Positions 15,487-20,000 of a stretch of 20,000 nucleotides of DNA are shown in pieces; position 1 is the stretch's first letter; every line of letters starts with the position of its first letter. The position numbers and the translations under genes are program-made. This stretch comes from an uncultured virus (IMG/VR IMGVR_UViG_2630968567_000005) (lineage: Duplodnaviria > Heunggongvirae > Uroviricota > Caudoviricetes), in the IMG/VR virus record IMGVR_UViG_2630968567_000005. One strand, written 5' to 3'. The notes under the pieces were generated by a model. The model did no database searches. It worked only from the letters and a program-made list of their open reading frames with translations, and was not told the DNA's origin.

Positions 15487-15641
15487 AACTCGACCCGAAA
15501 CTGGAAGTTGACGACCTGATGGCGGATATTGCCGCCATTTTTCACTGGCCGCCGTCAGAGCTTTGGGCCTTGAGCCTCACCGAACTGGTGCGCTGGCGTC
15601 ATAAAGCCCTGCTACGAAGTGGAGCCGTAAACCATGAGTAA
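15175..15641 (+). CDS. E': gpE+E' tail chaperone fusion made by a programmed -1 ribosomal frameshift
   Basis: Slippery TTTTTTG at 15459-15465 near the end of E. The -1 frame reads ...VAETGGVELDPKLEVDDLMADIAAIFHWPPSELWALSLTELVRWRHKALLRSGAVNHE, stop TAA at 15639-15641, matching the P2 E' pattern (MADIA.IFHWPP). Confidence 0.88.
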
Positions 15642-18042
15642 GAGCTTACAGCTACAGGTATTGCTCAAAGCCGTAGACCAAGCCACCCGCCCCTTTAAAG
15701 CCATTCAAACCGCCAGTAAATCCCTCACTGGCGACATTCGTAACGCGCAAAGCAGCATCAAATCGCTTGATGCGCAGGCGGCGAAGATTGACGGTTTCCG
15801 TAAGGCCAGCGCCCAACTGGCCGTCACCGGGCAGGCATTGAAAAAAGCCAAAGAAGATGCGGCGGCACTGGCTATCGCCTTTAAAAACACCGAGAAACCC
15901 ACCGCCCAACAAGCCCGACTGATGGAGGGGGCCAAGCGTGCGGCGGCTGAACTGCAAACCAAATATAACGGACTGCGCCAGTCAGTGCAGCGCCAACGCG
16001 ACGCTCTCAACGCTGACGGTATAGCGACCAAAAATCTGAGCAGTGAACAGCGCCGGTTGCGCAGCAGTGCCGCCGAGGCGACTGTGGCCCTGAGTCGCCA
16101 GCGCCAAGAGCTGCAACGTCTGAGCCTGAAACAGGAACAACTCAACCGTATCAGTAATCGTTACCAGAAAGGCAAAGCCGCCACCAGTGCGGTGCGTAAT
16201 ACCAGCGCCGCCAGTCTTGGCGTAGCAACCGCCGGGCTTTATGGCGCAGCAAAACTGATTGCACCGGGTATGGAGTTTGACAGCCAGATGTCCGGCACTC
16301 AGGCGATTTTAGGACTGGATAAAAATGACGCCAAGCTGGCCGCCATTCGTCAACAGGCGCGGGATATCGGCGGTTCAACCGCATTTTCCCCGACTGACGT
16401 AGCGCGAACCCAAGACACGCTGGCCCGTTCTGGCTATGACGCTAACGCCATTCTGGCCGCCACTGAGCCGACGGTTAACCTGTCACTGGCGTCCGGTGTG
16501 GATATCGCCGAGGCGGCGGATATTGTCACCAACATGCAATCGGCGTTTAACCTGCCGTTAGACCAAATTAAACGGGTGTCAGACGTGATGGCGAAAGGCT
16601 TTACCAGCTCAAACACCAACCTGCTAGAGCTGGGCGAGGCGATGAAATATGTCGCCCCGATTGCTGAGGCCGCCGGGGCCAGTATCGAAGACACTACCGC
16701 GTTACTCGGGGTGCTGGCCGATAACGGCATCAAGGGCAGTATGGCCGGAACCAGTACCAGTGCGGTGTTTAGTCGCTTACAGGCTCCGGTCGGTAAAGCG
16801 CCGGAAGCCTTGCGCGAACTGGGAATAATCACCCGCGACGGCAAAGGCAATATGTTGCCGGTGGAGAAAATCCTCAAAGACATTAACCGCTCGTTTAAAA
16901 AGAACAAGTTAGGCACTGCACAACAAGCCGAATACCTGAAAGTGATATTCGGTGAAGAAGCAATGAAAGGCGCGGTGAAACTGGTGGCAGCAGCCGGTAA
17001 CGGCAAGCTGGCAGAGAAGCAAAGCAAACTGATGAATGCGGGTGGCACCGCGCAATCTATCGCCACAGTGAGAATGGATAACCTTGACGGCGACCTGAAA
17101 AACCTGAGTTCGGCATGGGAAGACTTAGAGATTGAAGTCTTTGAGAAGCAAGACTCCGCACTGCGCAAACTGACCGTCACCGCAACCGACTGGCTGGTCA
17201 ATGTGGCTGCATGGGCCAAGAAAAACCCTGAGCTGGTCAGCACCATTACCACCGTTACTGGCGCGGCGTTGCTGCTGGTTGCCGGACTGGGGGCGCTGGG
17301 GCTGATTGCATGGCCGGTCATGGCCGGGTTTAACCTGTTATTGGCCGGGGCTGGTCTGTTGAGTACCGGCTTTTCCATCATGGGTGGAACAATTGCCGCA
17401 ACACTTGCCACGTTGGCATGGCCGGTCACTGCGGTGATTGCGCTTATTATCGCTGGTGCGCTGCTTATTCGTAAGTTTTGGGAGCCTATTAGCGCATTTA
17501 TGGCGGGTGTAGTGACAGGCTTTACCGCTGTTGCCGGGCCAATCAGTGCCGCATTTACCCCGCTAATTAATGGTTTTAACCAGCTCAAGACACTGTTTGC
17601 TGAACTGGTCGCCCCCATCAAATTTAGTGGGGAGTCGTTGCTTATTGCTACCACTGCCGGGGAAACATTCGGCCGAGGTTTAGCTTATGCGCTCAAACTT
17701 CCCATTGATGCACTGGGGCAGCTACGCAGTGGCATTGACTGGGTACTGGAAAAACTCGGCATTATTGATAGTAAATCTGCCGGGCTGGCCGATAACGTCC
17801 CGAAAGATAACCCTTACGCGGGCGGATACTCACCCAGTGGCGGCGTGTTATATGGCGGTTATCAGCCGGTGACTGCCAATACTGGCACCACTATCGTTGA
17901 CAGTAGTGTCACCACCAACGATATCAAGGTGACTATTCCGCCGGGTATGAGCCGACAGGATGCCGAGCGAATGATGACCGATGCGCTTGCCAAGAACGAA
18001 CGCGATAAACGCGCCCGCCAGCGCGGGCAGATGGAGAATTAA
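15634..18042 (+). CDS. T: Tail tape measure protein, P2 gpT-like (TP901-type core)
   Basis: 802 aa, Ala-rich helical; LQVLLKAVDQATRPF N-terminus, LGEAMKYVAP...LADNGIKGSMAGT core, hydrophobic C-terminal segment; GGAG SD upstream. Confidence 0.95.
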   Translation: MSKSLQLQVLLKAVDQATRPFKAIQTASKSLTGDIRNAQSSIKSLDAQAAKIDGFRKASAQLAVTGQALKKAKEDAAALAIAFKNTEKPTAQQARLMEGAKRAAAELQTKYNGLRQSVQRQRDALNADGIATKNLSSEQRRLRSSAAEATVALSRQRQELQRLSLKQEQLNRISNRYQKGKAATSAVRNTSAASLGVATAGLYGAAKLIAPGMEFDSQMSGTQAILGLDKNDAKLAAIRQQARDIGGSTAFSPTDVARTQDTLARSGYDANAILAATEPTVNLSLASGVDIAEAADIVTNMQSAFNLPLDQIKRVSDVMAKGFTSSNTNLLELGEAMKYVAPIAEAAGASIEDTTALLGVLADNGIKGSMAGTSTSAVFSRLQAPVGKAPEALRELGIITRDGKGNMLPVEKILKDINRSFKKNKLGTAQQAEYLKVIFGEEAMKGAVKLVAAAGNGKLAEKQSKLMNAGGTAQSIATVRMDNLDGDLKNLSSAWEDLEIEVFEKQDSALRKLTVTATDWLVNVAAWAKKNPELVSTITTVTGAALLLVAGLGALGLIAWPVMAGFNLLLAGAGLLSTGFSIMGGTIAATLATLAWPVTAVIALIIAGALLIRKFWEPISAFMAGVVTGFTAVAGPISAAFTPLINGFNQLKTLFAELVAPIKFSGESLLIATTAGETFGRGLAYALKLPIDALGQLRSGIDWVLEKLGIIDSKSAGLADNVPKDNPYAGGYSPSGGVLYGGYQPVTANTGTTIVDSSVTTNDIKVTIPPGMSRQDAERMMTDALAKNERDKRARQRGQMEN

Positions 18043-18044
18043 TC

Positions 18045-18530
18045 ATGATGTTATCACTGGGTTTATTTGTCTTTATGCTACAAACCACCCCTTATCAAAG
18101 CATGGGGCGCAATATTGATTATCGTTGGCCCACTAACAGCCGGGTAGGCTTGCGCCCGGCGGCGCAATTTCTTGGCGTCGATAGCGAAAAAATGACGCTA
18201 TCCGGGGTATTACTACCGGAACTGACCGGCGGCCGCCTGTCGTTGCTGGCTCTAGAGGTGATGGCTAACCAAGGCAAAGCATGGCCGCTGATTGAGGGGA
18301 GCGGCATGATATACGGTATGTTTGTGGTTGAAAGCCTGAGCCTGACCCGCAGTCTGTTTTTTGCAGATGGCAGCGCCCGGCGCATTGAGTTCACCCTCAA
18401 TCTGTTGCGGGTCGATGAGTCACTGACAGCGATGTTTGGCGACCTGCAACAACAGGCTGACCAATTACTGGGTAAGGCGACGGCCATGGCCGATAAAGCC
18501 CAGTCAGCAATCGGAGGGTTATTCTCATGA
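18045..18530 (+). CDS. U: Tail protein, P2 gpU-like
   Basis: MMLSLGLFVFMLQTTPYQ...WPTNSRVG.RPAAQFLG...LSGVLLPELTGG...RRIEFTLNL.RVD. Confidence 0.95.
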   Translation: MMLSLGLFVFMLQTTPYQSMGRNIDYRWPTNSRVGLRPAAQFLGVDSEKMTLSGVLLPELTGGRLSLLALEVMANQGKAWPLIEGSGMIYGMFVVESLSLTRSLFFADGSARRIEFTLNLLRVDESLTAMFGDLQQQADQLLGKATAMADKAQSAIGGLFS

Positions 18531-19693
18531 TGACCGGCATGTCGCTACCGGCCGGGGCGGATATGGCCCCGGACTATATGCTGAATATTAACGCAAAAGA
18601 TATTACGCAGAATATTCGCCCCCGGCTGCTGTCTCTGAGTCTGACCGATAACCGAGGCTTTGAAGCTGACCAGCTTGATATCGAACTGGATGACGCTGAC
18701 GGCCAGCTTTCCATGCCGGAACGCGGCGCGGTGTTGTCAGTGTTCTTGGGCTGGAAAGGGTCGGCGCTGATTGGTAAGGGTGATTTTACCGTGGATGAGG
18801 TCGAACATCATGGCGCGCCGGATACGCTGACCATTCGCGCCCGCAGTGCAGATTTTCGTGGTTCACTCAATGCGCGGCGGGAAGTCTCTTATCATGAAAC
18901 CACGCTGGGTAAGGTTGTCGCTCAGGTGGCAGAGCGCAACAACCTGAAAGCGATGCTGGCCGAGGGGCTGGCGGATATCGCTATCTCTCATATCGACCAG
19001 ACCCAAGAGACTGACGCCAAATTTATCACCCGGTTAGCTTCACTGAATGGCGCGGTAGCCGCCGTCAAAGCTGGGCGATTGTTATTTATCAAGCCGGGCA
19101 GTGGTGTCACGGCCAGCGGGAAACCCATTCCGCAGATGACGATCACCCGGCAAGATGGCGACCAGCACAGCTTTAGTATTGCTGACCGGGGCGCGTATAC
19201 CGGCGTGAGTGCCAGTTGGTTGCACACCAAAGACCCGAAACCGGCCAAGCCGAAAAAGGTTAAGTTGCAGCGAAAGCCTAAGTTTAAACAGCTCCGCGCA
19301 CTGGAACACCCCAAAGCCAAACCGACCCGCGCCAAAGCCGCCGCAGTGAAAAAGCCGGTGGAGGAAAAACAAGGGGATTATCTGGTGGGGGCAGAAGATA
19401 ACGTTTTTGCTATCACGACAGTTTACGCCACGCAAAAAGCCGCTATGCGCGCAGCTCAATCTAAATGGGAGAAGTTACAGCGCGGTGTTGCGGAGTTTTC
19501 TATCACCTTAGCCATGGGCCGCGCTGATTTATTTCCTGAAACCCCTGTTGCGGTCAATGGTTTTAAATCGGTGATAGACCAACAGAGCTGGATAATCAGC
19601 AAGGTAACGCACAGCCTGAGTAACAGCGGTTACACCACCCAGTTGTCTCTCGAAGTGTTGTTGTCGGATGTCACTTATGAGGCCTTAGAGTAA
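18527..19693 (+). CDS. D: Baseplate hub / late control D protein, P2 gpD-like
   Basis: RLLSLSLTDNRGFEADQLDIELDDADG...FTVDEVEHHGAPD.LTIRARSADFR...LQRGVAEFSITLA.GRADLFPE. Confidence 0.96.
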   Translation: MMTGMSLPAGADMAPDYMLNINAKDITQNIRPRLLSLSLTDNRGFEADQLDIELDDADGQLSMPERGAVLSVFLGWKGSALIGKGDFTVDEVEHHGAPDTLTIRARSADFRGSLNARREVSYHETTLGKVVAQVAERNNLKAMLAEGLADIAISHIDQTQETDAKFITRLASLNGAVAAVKAGRLLFIKPGSGVTASGKPIPQMTITRQDGDQHSFSIADRGAYTGVSASWLHTKDPKPAKPKKVKLQRKPKFKQLRALEHPKAKPTRAKAAAVKKPVEEKQGDYLVGAEDNVFAITTVYATQKAAMRAAQSKWEKLQRGVAEFSITLAMGRADLFPETPVAVNGFKSVIDQQSWIISKVTHSLSNSGYTTQLSLEVLLSDVTYEALE

Positions 19694-19718
19694 CCACATT
19701 CAACTAATTGATATTTAT

Positions 19719-19747
19719 TTCACAAATGCGAATACTGGTGATAAGAT
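19719..19747 (+). promoter_or_regulatory. Sigma70-type promoter of ogr
   Basis: -35 TTCACA (19719-19724), 17-nt spacer, extended -10 TG-A-TAAGAT (19739-19747); GGAGGT SD before the ogr ATG. Confidence 0.7.
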
Positions 19748-19784
19748 CAGCATAATTACTGAATATGCAGTTTCGGAGGTAAAT

Positions 19785-20000
19785 ATGATGCATTGCCCAC
19801 GTTGTAAATTTGCAGCACACGCGAGATCCAGCCGTTACCTTAGTGACGAAACGAAAGAACGCTATCACCAGTGCACCAATATTAATTGCGGTAAAACCTT
19901 TAAGACCCATGAAACTATCGTTGAAACGATAATGGAACCGGGAATAATTAATGCTGTACAGCCCCACCCTAAAGGGAATCAAGGCGTGTTGTGGATGTAA
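19785..20000 (+). CDS. ogr: Late-gene transcriptional activator, Ogr/Delta family zinc finger (P2 Ogr / 186 B)
   Basis: MMHCPRC..AAHARSSRYLS..TKERYHQCTNINCGKTF: CxxC...CxxxxC zinc finger; located after D as in P2. Confidence 0.95.
   Translation: MMHCPRCKFAAHARSSRYLSDETKERYHQCTNINCGKTFKTHETIVETIMEPGIINAVQPHPKGNQGVLWM

Larger units (their letters stand above)
1..20000. mobile_element. P2-like temperate phage/prophage, complete late (head, lysis, tail) region; extends beyond both window edges
   Basis: Colinear Q-P-O-N-M-L-X-lysis-R-S-V-W-J-I-H-G-FI-FII-E-T-U-D-ogr; no integrase, att site or replication genes inside the window. Confidence 0.97.

Noticed and set aside
16434..17654. 406-aa minus-strand ORF antisense to the tape measure gene
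   Set aside because: It lies in codon register opposite an Ala/Gly/Leu-rich gene, has Ser/Pro/Ala-rich shadow composition and shows no recognisable motif; typical antisense shadow ORF.
9147..19693. Interpretation as a tailocin (R-type bacteriocin) or other contractile injection system
   Set aside because: Intact portal, terminase, scaffold and capsid genes are linked in P2 order, so this is a head-containing phage.
19704..19982. 92-aa minus-strand ORF opposite ogr
   Set aside because: Overlaps the clear Ogr zinc-finger gene and its promoter; no motif support.
1..20000. CRISPR arrays, tRNA/rRNA genes, IS elements, cos or att sites
   Set aside because: No regularly spaced repeats, RNA-gene signatures or transposases were seen; cos and att are expected outside the window, beyond Q and beyond ogr respectively.

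Overview
The whole window is the late-gene region of a P2-like (Peduoviridae-type) temperate phage or prophage of an enterobacterium, in canonical P2 order. On the minus strand are portal Q (cut by the left edge) and terminase P. On the plus strand are O-N-M-L-X, a lysis cassette (holin, SAR endolysin, two spanins), R-S, V-W-J-I-H-G, FI-FII-E/E'-T-U-D and the late activator ogr at the right edge. All core genes appear intact. Ogr-type TGT-N12-ACA late-promoter boxes, the E/E' -1 frameshift site and a sigma70 promoter for ogr are visible. The one clearly foreign element is an AT-rich 243-aa gene (8332-9063) inserted between S and V. It has DUF5677/HEPN-like motifs and is the best candidate for an undescribed phage-encoded defence or toxin function. 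Other points of note are a perfect inverted repeat over the V promoter, an apparent cluster of C-to-T changes in the tail-fibre chaperone, a P1-Lyz-type disulfide-caged SAR endolysin, a short mosaic tail fibre, an extended capsid C-terminus and structured intergenic hairpins. All family assignments come from recalled motifs and synteny; no database searches were run.
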